From the NCBI GenBank assembly GCA_048013815.1, contig CM106585.1, positions 434,001 to 498,000 of the forward strand: DNA of 64,000 nt, given 5' to 3'. The DNA is from Setoptus koraiensis. Taxonomy: Eukaryota; Animalia; Arthropoda. The notes beneath the pieces were generated by a model, which saw only the letters and a list, made by a program, of their open reading frames with translations, had not been told where the DNA came from and made no database searches. Of the stretch, positions 48,301 through 62,500 are shown in pieces (position 1 is the first letter of the stretch; every line of letters begins with the position of its first letter). The translations under genes were made by a program, and so were the position numbers.

Positions 48301-50722
48301 GAAAATGCTACACTGTTCGAGTCTGTTGTATGATTTGAGTTGCTTGCGATACCTGTAATATGCAAAAGCTAATAATGTAACAAACAGTAGTAAGATTACA
48401 AAAGACAACCAAATTGCAATCTTCCGCAGACGCTGTTGATCCATGAGAACCTGATTAAATACTGCACTGGACGTTAGATTACGACAATTGATCTCAATTT
48501 GTTTCGTGCAAATTCTCAATTGAGGTCTATTCAATTTGGGGGCACCATTAGTGAGCAATTCCAATTCAGTATGCAGAACTAATTGTGGAAGCTTCAATTT
48601 GTTACTAGTGTTCGAGCTAGTAGAATAAACAAAAACGCCTACCGGTAGGAGGCCGTTTGAATGGTGTTGGCCATGAGAATATTGCGATTCAGTCAGATTA
48701 TCAAAATCTTGGTCTTGCTTTACGGTCGTGTTGGTGCGTTCGCTAGGTGAATGCAACATTCTTCTGGCAACCAAAGTATAATTGCCTTCAGCATCGCCGT
48801 TTGAATCAATGCGACCTACAAAACCCATCGAGCTGTTGTAAATTTGTTTGCGTAATTGTTGGCTCAGTCTGTTGCCATTTAAACAATGATCCAACGATGC
48901 ATTCTTTCTCTCAATCAAACATTCTTTAAAAACTTGACCGTATAACATGATGGCGTCGAATAGATAATATGCCTCGACCGGCAACCGAATCAGCTTAGGC
49001 GAAGTTACCGGTAGCGTTGATCCATCTATAAATCCGATGCCCATCGGTGTGCTATTGCTACTGACAACAGATGTCTTCGACATGTGTACACTATGCAATT
49101 TATTGGACCGCATAAATTGCTCAATCATTTGGTCCATTTCATCGGTAATAGGAGCTGATGGAAATATTCCAACATAATATTCGAATGCTCTCTGTATCAG
49201 CTGATAGGCGTCATCACTAAATAAACCTCTGAAGTATCTCGAAGAATCGCTCGGATCATAGTGTTCGATATCGACACCTATTACCAGATATTTGGTCTCA
49301 TTCATTGTGTTTGTTCTGCTGCCAGCTAGTATATCTCCATCGCCAACTGATGAGCTATTGTTTCTATATTGCTCATCAAGCGCCAACATGAGACCAAGGT
49401 GCTCAAAGTAGTGACCAACAACTATATAGATACGACCTTTAAATAAGCTTTGTTTCACTAGTTCTTTGAAAGGATTCGCCGAATAGCCATGGTGGTAGGT
49501 TTTGTTCCAGGTGCCTATATGGGCAAACGCATTGCTTGTTTCTAGATTTTGCTCATTCAAATAATCTATCAATTGTTTCTCAATGGACAATGCTATAAGT
49601 TTGAATTCTTGCTGTTGCGATTGGGATTCCATGTCAATCAATGAGCTGGTTGCATGATGATGATACAAAAGAATGAGATCTTGAAGCCATTCGAAATGTT
49701 TCAGAGTGGCAACAACCGAACTGGATATTTTAGTATGAGGCGGCTTGGTGCGACTGAATGTTGGATAGAGCCTCTTGTTGGAAACGGCTGAATGGGAACA
49801 GAACTAAAAGCGATGAATGAGATGCGATTGAGTTTAGTATCTAGAATTGGTGCAAACATCATCTACCAGATATCACAATGATCGAGTGAGATTAACCTAC
49901 ATGGGAAATCATTGGCTTGTTGTAGATTGCTGCCAACTTGGCCTCAGTAATACACGTTTCCTGGGGTCCAATAACTACCGATACATTTTGGTGCAGCATC
50001 AGATCAACACTTCCTCTGATACCTTGATTGGGGGAAAAATGATCATCATACTGGGCTAATCAAGACAGTATCTGTTTGGATTATCTGGTGTTTGATATTG
50101 GGGCTGGCACTTACTCTCGCTTTCTTGTCCATATGTTTCCACTACAATTGGCTCAAAATGCACTGGCGTCGTCGACAGTGATTGCACAATTGACAAGTTC
50201 ACATTATTGAGCTTATTCATGGCCAATTGAAATACGTTTTCTAATTGTCTACCGGGCCTATTGTAATGATGATCATTCTTATATCTTTTAGCTCCTGTTA
50301 TGTAACCAACCTTAAGTATGATTCTCTGTGCTTGTGTCTTACAATGCAAATGATGAGATGGGAACGATAGTTTTTTTTGTAGCCTAGCAGTTCTTTCACC
50401 TATTAGATCTAGTATAGTTCACCATTGAATGATAGCGTTTTTTCGAGACTGCTAATGGTTTGCGACTCACCTGCAAATTGTCACTATCATGTGATGCTGG
50501 CTGCTTTTGTTGTTGGTAACTAAGTGACAACTTGATACCATCATTGAATCTTGCTAGTTGAGATCGTGTCATTCGGAGACTGGAATGAGAGGTCTCGTTG
50601 GGGAGTGTCAATTGGGATGGGCGAGTTGCATGAGTGAGTAAAACTAAACTTGAGCAGAACAGAAAAGATGCAAATGCCACTCTGATGATTCTTCTTTGAT
50701 ACACTAGACGTTGTGGCGCCAT
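45322..50722 (-). CDS. Receptor-type guanylate cyclase (ANF-receptor ectodomain, TM, kinase-homology domain, cyclase domain), ~1692 aa, 4 exons
   Basis: Hand-spliced minus-strand exons 50471-50722 (signal peptide), 50115-50337 (LKVGYITG..RPG..VVETYG), 49901-50022 (VIGPQETCITEAKLAA..PMISH) and 45322-49803 (FC..YPTFSRTKPP.. through GNLKATNCLVDSRWTLKLTDF, NLELIIDERT, LFVDIVDF, KVETIGD, LFGDTINIASRM). All introns are GT..AG, 92-133 bp, and in phase. Exon 1 is the least certain. Confidence 0.92.
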
Positions 50723-53268
50723 TTATTATCAAGGTTCTCGTTATCGCACTATGAGCAGCAATCAATACTCTAATATAGATAGAATGTGTTTCAAATAAAA
50801 CTTTTGTCCTTTCGTAATCTGTGTTTGTGAATTTGGATGAATTCACTAGGATCATAACTATTCAAACAGTGTGAATCAATTGACTCACTATCGATCGGTT
50901 CCCATGATCTAATGGCGAAAGAATCTAAGTGTGCACTACCCTTTTGTGCGAAATAATAAATTAAAACTAATTAATCATCAGCTCCTCCCTAAATGCAGGT
51001 CTGGCTACCCTTTTGTTGATGTTATTGGTAGCTGAACAGTACAAAATGCTTACTAAGGATGCAGCTGCAATACAAGTTATCATCAGCTTGATCAACTAGA
51101 TTAGCATATTTACGCGTTCTCATTCAGATTCGATTAGTGCCCGAGGGTCTATCGTCACTCCGTCCATCTAGCTGTCACTACTCGACATTGCAGCATTACA
51201 AGAGATATAAAGCATATAATCAGACTGACTGCGGCAATAGCGTTTTATATATACACCAAATGCTGCTACACGAAATTTACCTTGTTTTCGTTAAAGTTCA
51301 GGCAGATCACCGACATGCCTACCAAGCGAAGGCGGTGGAAGACGAATATATGACCGCTATAGATGAGCCCTGTGCCATGATTTGAGAAGCTTGTCTCAAC
51401 ATGACGGATTTGTTTAGAACTAGATAGAAGAATATACAAGCATATCGGAACTGCCTGCGCACGTGAAATGCCGGTAATAGAGAATGTTCGCAAATAGTGG
51501 CAAAAACGCTCTTACTGTCAGTTTACTGCGAGTATATAAGAGAGAGGGCCGTCGTTAATGTTAGGCCAGATGTTTAGTGGGTTTGTATGAAGTACAAATA
51601 TATTTTTATCCTAAATTATAGTAAGTGCTGAGTTCATGAATGACCAAAAGAATTCCTTCGATGCAACAGGCTAATGTGGCAAATATCCAAATATTCCAAT
51701 GAATACAGAATGAATAATGATCACAATAGAGACGATATCTCAGCAACTGAAAATTTTATGTCTAACGGCACTTGTTCGATGAAACTTTATCCATCCTATA
51801 GTGAAAGAAGCGCGCAAGTCCCGCAGGCGAACATGGGAAAAATCTCACATCAAGATCTCTTCCCGATACTAGATAGACATCATTGCCAACAAGACTAGGC
51901 GTGTGGTTGTGATGGATGCATTTCACAAGAAACTGTAAAGCTGGATTTAGCTGGTTATTTGACTTCCGGAACAATTCAACGGCCACGATCGTAACCAACG
52001 AGAAACGAGTCAATCTGAAGAGACGTTCGCTTGTACAAAGTTTCAACGATGCTCGAGAAAAAACCACTACCTGATTATTACTTTGAGTATGTGGTGCGGA
52101 CAAATAGCTTTGATATATGGAAAAATGCGACAATTATACACAGTGTGACTGTTGTATTGTGTATACGAGTGTCGGCAACGAACATTCTGTTAGAGCGAAA
52201 TTGGGATGCACGCTTTTTGCAAGTTGAATCAAGACGCACTTTGTAATCTTTGTAAGCGCTTGGTATTTGTGTTGAGCTCTCATCGATGATATACAAATAG
52301 ATTAATGCTATTGTCAATTAGCTTCCCTGTTTGTAGCTTTCTGTAAGCATGTCAGATATGTTTTTTGCTTGTGATAGACGTCATCCAATGATGATCTGGC
52401 TACAAGCTTGACAAGTGCATTACAGTTTGTTTGTCAAATTTGTGTGCGTCTGTGTATGTGTTAACGCACTGTACATTTATGTGGAATGGCACGTATTATT
52501 ATCACTATGTAGTGTAGTATAGTAGTTAGGGGATAACAAGTGAAAGAGGGGAGGTCTTGGCTATCAGCATCTATAATGAGATACTAGTGTTTATTTATGA
52601 CAAGGCACAACAAGCAAATGTATGACTGTTTGTGTGTGAAGCTTCTAAGAATCTGTGATTGTGTATGCTTGTTGGCTTATTCGACTATTAATACATTGGT
52701 TGCGTAACGTCACACTAATACCTAATGGGTGTAACAATCAAACAACACAGTCAAGCTGCCGAAATGATTTGTGCGCTACATAGATATCCGGTGCGTGTGC
52801 AAATGAAGCTTCCTCTGGAATCATGATTTTGTTTGCCGCCTCTAATGGGCACAGTTTGTAATGGGGTCCGATGTGCGAGCTATTGGGGCACCTTGCACGT
52901 CTCTGATTCGCATAGTATTGTGTACATGTACCGTACAAACAGATTATGTAATGGCATGCTGCGTTGCTGTATTGCGCATTTTGTTGTTTGTGCGCGCGTT
53001 GCCTATCGGACAAAATGCCGTCAATTAACTTGCGCATAGAAAGTAACGCCAACAAGTCTAGTTATTTTTAACGTACCAGAGGGGGCGCTCACCCCATAGG
53101 TCTAATGAAGACCATTGCCGTCACTATTCCACCACATCACGCTATGTACGGCTATGCAGACTGCACGGGCAGACACACGAGTTATATAATAATGGCAAGC
53201 GTCCTCTTGAGAGAATTTTTTGAAGTATGCGGATCAGCAATACTTTCACATACACAAACACAAACTCG

Positions 53269-53375
53269 CACACACACACACACACACACACGCACGCACA
53301 CACACACGCACGCACACACACACACACACATACGCACGCACACAGACGCACACACAGACGCACGCACACTACACA
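53269..53375. repeat. Compound (CA)n/(CACG)n microsatellite
   Basis: Direct reading; part of a microsatellite-dense zone at 53.2-55.4 kb. Confidence 0.9.
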
Positions 53376-54407
53376 CAGACTGTTGTGAAAAATACGAACA
53401 GTATCGGTGTGTAGGATCTGTCAGTTTGATTGTTACACCCTTTATGCTTCGTCAGAAGCATTCTTCTTTGTTGCCATTGTCGCCTCTATTCACTGTCACT
53501 GTGTGTGTGTGCGTATGATAGTGAATGAGTGTGAGCGTCTCAATTGTCCATCATTAAGACATCTTCGCGTAGCTAGCTGTTTAATCACAAACACACACAC
53601 ACACACTCCGGCAATTGCTGGACATACTCACACTGACTGCTGCCCCTTCGTGTTATCATTACATAAGCTTCTTATATGCAAACAAACAAAGGGCAAGGTC
53701 GCCACGCAACTATAACACTTGTGCAAATGTCATACAGTAATAATGTATGATGATAGTATTGCCTTCGATCTATTGGTGGCTTTACTTGCTGTGAACAACT
53801 GCAACAACAACTTATCCCCGCGCCCACTGATTAAGCTTGGCGCAAGGTTCACGACGATACAAGCTCGATGGACGCTCACTGGACTGACCAGTGGAAGACC
53901 AACGCAAGTTTTTGTGCGACTGAGTTGCGTACGTGTGCAAATCTGTTTTTCTGTACCAATGGCGCATTTATGAGAGTACCTTGCTATACTATCGTCACTA
54001 TCTATCAATTGTGTGTGTGTCCACATGAGAAGCGAATCAAAAATTGAACAAGGAGCAACCAACTATTCGACTTCTTATATACGAGCTATGTTCAGCAAAG
54101 TCTGTTGTGTGAGTGTGCTTCATCGTCGTCATTCATTAGTAGTCGTAGAAAACAATGTATACTGAGAATGCGCCATCATCAAAATCATCTTTGTGTGTAT
54201 GTGTATTCTCTGTCTCTCTTACTCCCTCTACTAAATTCGCTAGTCAACTACCACAGACTGTGCAAACGGCTGCTGCTGCCGCCGCCGCTGTTGGTGCCGC
54301 AGTAGCTGCTGCAGCAGCTCCTTCTTCTTCCGTTTTTTCCATCTATTCTCTGCCGATGGCAAAGAATGGCTGCAGTTAGAAGTGATAAATTTACGAGCAG
54401 TAGTAAA

Positions 54408-54438
<31 letters not shown>

Positions 54439-56546
54439 GCGTGTCTTGTTAATAATATTGATATCAAGTTATAGTTGTGTGAAACGAGAAATATACACAA
54501 GCACACCATTGGTATATATATTAATTAAAAATGATATGATGATCTCTGTGTAACACCAACGGCCAGCTAGTCAGTTAGGCTCCTTCGATCAACATCATGG
54601 AATTGTCATTGACACATTACTATTGTAGAGTTATAGAACCATACCAGACAGAGATAATGGAAGAAGTGTGACGCGTTGATGAGGCACTACACAGATGTAG
54701 TACTATACTTTGGATGGCATGTATAGCGAATGACAGTGTTTATCAGCGGCTATATGTCTACTACTTGTCCCCCAGTTATCAATACTATTACAGTTGTAAT
54801 GCCGCCCCTCTTACGATGGCCATCGTCAATGTTCGAAAGCTGCAAATCGAATTCGCTCGCTCGCTCACTCTCATGTGTGTGTGTGTGTGCGTGTGTGTGT
54901 GTGTATGTGTGTCTTTCGCGGATTTAATGTACCGCGAAGGTAAAGCGAAGGCGAACTGTGTGTCTCTCTTGTGCTTGTGTGTGTTCTACACCACCACTAA
55001 CAATAACAGCGAGCGAATGAGTGCTTGTGTGTGTGTGGACACACACAAGTTCGCCTTTTCGTTGGCTAAATGGTGGCAGGCGCTTGATTTAGCAGCAGGG
55101 AATTGTTTACAAATAAACCACACTCATGAGTGACAGCCACTCATTTATGTACAAATACTCTCATGCAGGCTAAAGGGCAGTGTAGGATTGTTATATTCGT
55201 TGTCGTCGTCGTCGTCAGCGTCGGTGAATGGTAGGACCAACAACAGCTAACGCAGCAGCACAGCCAATAACGCAGGCTATAGCAGGCTGCAAGAATGAAC
55301 TGTAATGATTCTGCATATGATGAGTATTATGTTCTCCGGACCGTGGGTCCGTTTGTCTGTGTGTGCGTGTGTGTGTGTGTGTGCTTGTGGATAAGTGCAT
55401 CTCACAAGATACCATTGCTCGATGTGTGCGACAAAAGCACTCATAAGCAGCGAACTAAAACAGCAGCAGCAATAGAGAGGGCAAGAAGAAATCTACACAT
55501 TGGCTCTATTTTGTACACACAAGCGCACACTGATATTAGCGATGATGGTGAATGTGCGATAGTTTGGTGGTGGTGCTAGTGGTGACCGTCGACGACGACG
55601 ACGACGAATTCGAATTTATTCGCATCATCCAATACTCACAAATGCACACACTGATTTACACATCCACCAACATAGTCAGTCACACACGCACAAGCATAGG
55701 TACACAAACACACGGAGGGACACACACACAATCTCTTATTAGAATATATTACAATTATCATCATTATTGGATATAATTTAATTATTGTTATTATTATATA
55801 TTTAAATGTACACTATCTGATGATAGACCACGTAAATATTATTGGCAGAATAGTATCGATACACAACACTATTATTATTGTTATCGCTACTAAAACGACT
55901 AAATTAAGCACCACATTTTACCACCACTATCATCACTATTATTGCTATTAATATCATCAAGATAATCTACCAATTGAGATTGAGATTTTAAAATAATACA
56001 AGAACAAAGCGGACTGCAGTGAGACTGCTCAGATTGATTTTTATTAAAAGTATCAAGTAAACGGGATCGTCACATTATGGATCAACATCAACAATATTAT
56101 CATGCATTTGTCTGCCACACATTTTTGCAGTGATAATTTATTGTAAGTCAATCGACAATAATAGCATGAAAATACATTTTTTAGCTTATTGTAATTAACG
56201 CTAACACTATTATTGTTACTATAGCTCTTTATCTTTTGCGTAACAACAGTTGCCATCATTGGTAAGAGATCCTGGAACAAATTCAACGCGACAACTGGAT
56301 GCACCATGCATTGTTATTGATCGCACATTGTGGACCTGAATTCATTTAATCTAGAAGAAGAAAAAGAAAACACGAGCTCTTAGTGACCAACGATAAATAT
56401 ACATTCAAGCCTCTTGCATCATCTAATTAGTTCCAACATACTATTGTCGTTGTGTGGTAACAGTAGTCGTAACCCGTTCAAGAGAACCGCTATAACACCA
56501 TAGGTGTGCCGTCAACTCTGCAATAACTATTTCAACGAACGGCTTG

Positions 56547-59500
56547 AAAAATCAATCAACTCTTACACACAAACATCATAAAGACACACACACACACACA
56601 CACAAACAGACACACATACACATACCTTCACCTTCTCACAAGGTACCACCTGATCACAATCTACCAATAAATTTATCGAACAAGCCATCTATAATCCATC
56701 TAACAATTCATTTCTCTCAAACAACAGTTATCTCGATAACAAGAATTCATCATAACAACCCAAATATCTACCGATAGAATCCAAACACACTAAATGTGAT
56801 ACATATCACAACATCTCTTCCAAAGTATTCAATACATCACCAATAATGTCATCCCACATTTCAAACAGTCCCAAGCAAAAAATCATAAAAAAATAAATTC
56901 ATCAATATTCTATTCATTAATGAATCGACAATACATATTACTAGATTTATCAATATCAAAATAACCACATTTAAATTCTATCCAACCAACATTCAATCTC
57001 CACAATTATCTCTAACATAAAAAAACAAACCATATAGAATAACACAACAGCAGCAAAATCATCTCAAATGCGAAGTATCATTCATCATAGTGGGGGGTGA
57101 ATCAACATTAACATCGTCACCAAATTCAAACTCCAAGCATAATCAACAAATTCACACAAACATATATCTGATCAATTACATTAACATATCCCTTTATCTT
57201 ATCAATCACAAGCACATCCACACGATTCAACATACAACCAACACAACCATCCAAAAGAACCAATCAAACATTCTCATTCAATTCCCAGCTCATCTGAACA
57301 CATTTCAAATCCATAATCCATAAACAGTTTCCCATCTCGGCATTCCAATCATTAGCAAAATATCCACATTCAATTCCCACATATTTACATCACACATCAA
57401 ATCAACCATAATCATTCTGTCAATATTCATCGTCGCTATGAAAACAACAACCAACACAATACACAATTCTCAAATTAACCACATTATAACAATCATTTAC
57501 ATAAAATACAATATCACATACCCAACAGATTACACATTCCAATTCACAACATAAGATCACAATTCTGGATATAATACAACATCGAATACCATCCACCAAA
57601 CAACTTTCGAACACACATAGACAAAGTATTTTCTAAAGTCAAGCCCCATCTCACATCAACATCATCACATTTCACACACAGGATCTACAATCAGCAATCA
57701 TATTATATCATTTATCATAACTTCGACAACACATCTCATCCCAATCTATCAATCAGCAAAAAAATTCAAAAAGTCCACATCAGACATCCCACACAAGCAA
57801 GTATATCTAACATCGCGATAGTTTAATAGAGTAATAAGTCAAATCAATACAAATACACATACATTCATACCATTATTCATCTTACTAACACATCTTGTAA
57901 CAATTTCATCAAATCAATAATCACATTTCAAAACAACAACAATCTTCTGCAATAGTTTCAATACAATATTACAATCATATCAATAAAATTCATCTCTAAT
58001 AAATAAACCAACCAAAACATCACAATCATAAAATCTTATCCCCACATAACAACTCCTACAAAAATAACACAACCTTCAATCACAGTCAATTATACAAAAA
58101 TGACCAAATTCACAGGTTTATATCCCCCACTGTACATCTTTTTCATCATTCCCATCAATAACAATAGTCAAACGACATCCATTTAACATCACAACATCAA
58201 TCAAGAAAATCACTCCATCTAACATATTTAATCAGACCATCAAGATATTACATCAGTCCATCCCATAAAAATATTGAAAATGTCAACAATATATGCATAT
58301 ATAACAAAATCATCAAAAATCATATCAATTCATACATATCAACAAAATCAAACCATACATCCAGGTAGTCTTTCACGAACCCTAAAATATAATTGCCTCC
58401 ATCCCAAGATATCGAATAATAATTGCTAAACATCACTATCCATCCAATAAAACAAAAATCCCTGTATTAGCACATCAAAATTCATCACATACTATCCTCC
58501 ATCAACATATCATCTACATCTATTTACCACAAATGATCCAAATTTCAAAAATAAACATCTCAAATTCTCCAACATACAAATACAATTAACCATTCATCAT
58601 AATTACAATAAACAAATCAAAATAAGTCCTAACACACCATCCATTACATAATCACATCAAACCATCAATTATCCAACAATATCATTAATATTAATCACAA
58701 AATTCATCATCATCTTATCATAAATCCTAGCACACATTTGCATTAATTTCCAGCAAAAAATTCCAATATCTCCATTCCAAACCATAAAATATATATCCAC
58801 ATTGCAATCCGACGAGATAATTCATAGTCCATAAACATCACGATACACATAATCATATCACAATCTCCATCACATTAATCATCAGCACACAGCATCATTA
58901 TATATACAACTAATTCGATCACAAACAAGCAAAAACACAATATTCCAAACAGATTCCCTAATCTCATCCATCCGATGCAACAATCGAAAGATAAGTCTAT
59001 CCAGAAACATTCCTCCCCATTATTCCAATAAAATTCAATCACAGTTCCATTGATCACAACATCATCATCAATTTGACAACCATTCCCCAAGAATTATTAT
59101 ACCCCCAAAATATCACATAATTTTCATCCCCTATACTTTGTTAATTCATCTCCACAAAATTATTCATTATCAATACAATAATCTATAGAATACCATTACA
59201 AACGTTCAATCATCCTCAAGACAACAAATGCATCATATAATCCACTCAAAAAACCATCATCCCCTACATATCGGAAATTATCACATCAATAAACATCTCC
59301 AATATAATAACATCTCAAACAATCAACAGATCCAAATACAATCGATCTCCAATAACATCGCAATTTACACCATCTAGCATAAACACATACCACAATTACA
59401 ACTCAATACACCACATATATCGCCCAATATAATCTCCAATTACATCAATCCTCCATACACACATACACAACACAAAAACATTTCCAATTAATCAAATACA

Positions 59501-62500
59501 TGTTGATCCATAATCCAATTTACATCAAGCCAAAATAATAAAACCAGAAAAAAATCTACCAATATCCATCAATAAAAACATCGCATATACCAAATCCATC
59601 AAATCCTCCAGATGCCAATTCCATCCATCTATAGACAATCACATATAACAATTCGAATTCACACATAGAAATCACAATTCGATTATCCAATCACCAAAGA
59701 TTACACATAATACAATCAACACACAATCCAAAATCCTATCCAAATCATCATCCATAAAAAGAATACTCCATCACACCACAATCAAAAATCACTTTCCAAA
59801 CATACAATCTAACCAACAACATACTACACCAATCATATAAATTGCTATACAACTTCTAATATAAACATTAATCCAACAGTAACAAAAAATTATCGACAAA
59901 AATATCTTGATAATCTCACATATCTCTCCACCATTCACACAAAAATCAAACAAACCATCCAAATAAAACAAAATACACATATTTTCATCACACTGTAAAC
60001 AGTCATCCCATTTCCTCAAACACATAAAATAAAATCACACATTGCTCAATCAAAAACAATAAAAGTCATTACCAATCATATCAACAAAAACCTTATCTCC
60101 ATCATATCAAAATTCCATCATTCCTCAGATCACAAAATATAGCAAAACCATCATACAAAGCTCATACAAAATTCAACGACAATCCCCTTTCACAAAGACA
60201 CCATCCCACTACCAATGATACAAGACTCCACAGGAGGACAATCTAAAGATCAATTCTAACAAATCAACCAAACATAAAATCAACATTCCTAAAATAAGAT
60301 CATTAACATTACCATCTATAACATTTCCGCAACAATACTCATCAATTACCACATCCGAAGCTGCATAATCGCACATGCCATGCAAAGTCCAACACAGATC
60401 ACACATCACATCCATCCAATCCAATATCAATATCTCCAACAATATTCAAAATCAAAAAAGCATAAAAAAAAAACAACAAAAATTAAGCACAAAACATGAA
60501 TCGAACCATATATCTAAACAAACAACATCACCATAATCTCAATTAATGATTACATACACAATTCTCAATCCACAATCATACATCGAGTCCTCATCCCAAC
60601 CAATAACGCTTAACACCAATAATTATTAATTGCACACACATTCCCAATTCATAACCATCTTTTCAAAAATTCTCCATACCAATCATCATAAACATACAAA
60701 TATCAAGAATACATATAATATAATCCAACCAATCATTTCAAACAATCACATCCATCCTAAGCATCAAACAAACATCCATCATCAAAACACACAAAAATAT
60801 CATACATCAATACATTACTACACTCATCATCAGCATATCACACCATCATTTTATTATCAAAAATCCAAAATCACGTCCCTAAAAAAAATTCCCATATATC
60901 AAACCGAATAATCCTTAAACTTACCACTAAATCATTCTTATAAATCGAAAAGCTCACCATAAATAACAACATTCAAATTCCCCAAATCATCAATTCAAGA
61001 AAAGCATAGTGTTTAAAATACAATTCCGTATCAGTCTTCCGAATATCATATCATGAATCCATTATCAGTATTCTACCACATCATCACAGGAACTTCGTAA
61101 ATTCCAGCACATAAGCTACATAATGTAAATACAATTCATTACACATCACAATGCAATACCACCAACACAAGCATCATGACATCTCGTACCTTCCAACATT
61201 CTGCAATAAACCAATACATCAATAAAAAAGGTCAAAATATAAAACATTTCAATCATCGTCCATTCGCTAAATATCAAAATTCTCTACAAATTGATTCACA
61301 ATTCACATGAACATCCAATTACAAATCCCCCAATCTATATATATCTTTCTCTTATACATCATCCCCATATATACCACACACAATCCTGTTCCATCTCAGA
61401 TGTAAAAACATTTACTTCATAATCTACTATATTGTACCATCACACAATCATAATTTATTTCATCATTCTTTTCACAGATCTCAGCAAGCACATCACAACC
61501 AGCGATAGCGAACATGTAATAATCTACATCATAGACAATCTCAATGTACAACAAAAACGAATCTAAAGATCATCCTCCCAATCGCAATAAGATGATCTTA
61601 AGCATACACATCACACATCCATCTCACAAGTCAAGCATAATAATACAAAACAATTCGCCACCATGCGACAACATCATTCTTATCCACCCAAAAAATCATA
61701 GATCAAACATAAATCATCTTAATCGCACAAATTCACAGTCTAGACACAAAATACGAAACATCATTATTGAAACATCATCAACAAGATCAAGCCAGATCAT
61801 AATCGCAATCTCACACAAATAAATCCAATCATTCTATATGTCAACAACAAAATCATCTGTTCTCACATCAATATCTCATGCATCAAAACATATCTAATAA
61901 CATTCTACATTCCATCAGCTTTCAACACATCCATAAAGAAATACCCAATCGCAACATCCTTCTACATCTCTAATCCACATTCTAAAATCAAATGAATCTT
62001 CAAAACATCTAATTTTCCCTTTAAATGTACAAATCTCTACACAAAATACAAATTCATCAATATATCCATCCAAATTTCATTCATCCTCACTTCTTCGCTT
62101 TCTAAACTTCCAAACAGCAACACAATCAATCTTCCAATGTATTTTAACATCTCCAAGCATCTCGTTCATAGATAATACTCAATAAACAAACAAGGCCTCA
62201 ACAACATACACATAACAATCCAAAATAATCTTCACACAATGACATATATATATCACATCACACAAACACATGTTCTCGTTTCAGAATTGTCCGCTTGTCC
62301 AGGCAATCTCTTTTATCAATCAATGAGCTACATAAACACATTACAAAAATTCACACAACATCCACTCACACATAATCACAATATCAAGATCAACACAACA
62401 CCAGAAGACCCACCAAAAAAATCAAACAATCAATCAATCAACTTTCATCCATACCTTACAGCATCATATATCATACATCCAAAATAAATTCCATCTCTCA

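Noticed and set aside
51137-52317. Cluster of 70-120 aa ORFs upstream of the guanylate cyclase; possible decayed gene or transposon
   Set aside because: No recognisable domain and no consistent frame.
53105-55776. HT-, CV- and polyAla-repeat ORFs
   Set aside because: Translations of CA/GT and GCN microsatellites.
58875-59090. ORF GNGCQIDDDVVINGTV resembling a hexapeptide repeat; attempts to back-convert this and nearby ORFs to a bacterial gene
   Set aside because: Codon-position bias was weak in the frames I checked and no family was recognisable. The amino-acid content follows from base composition.
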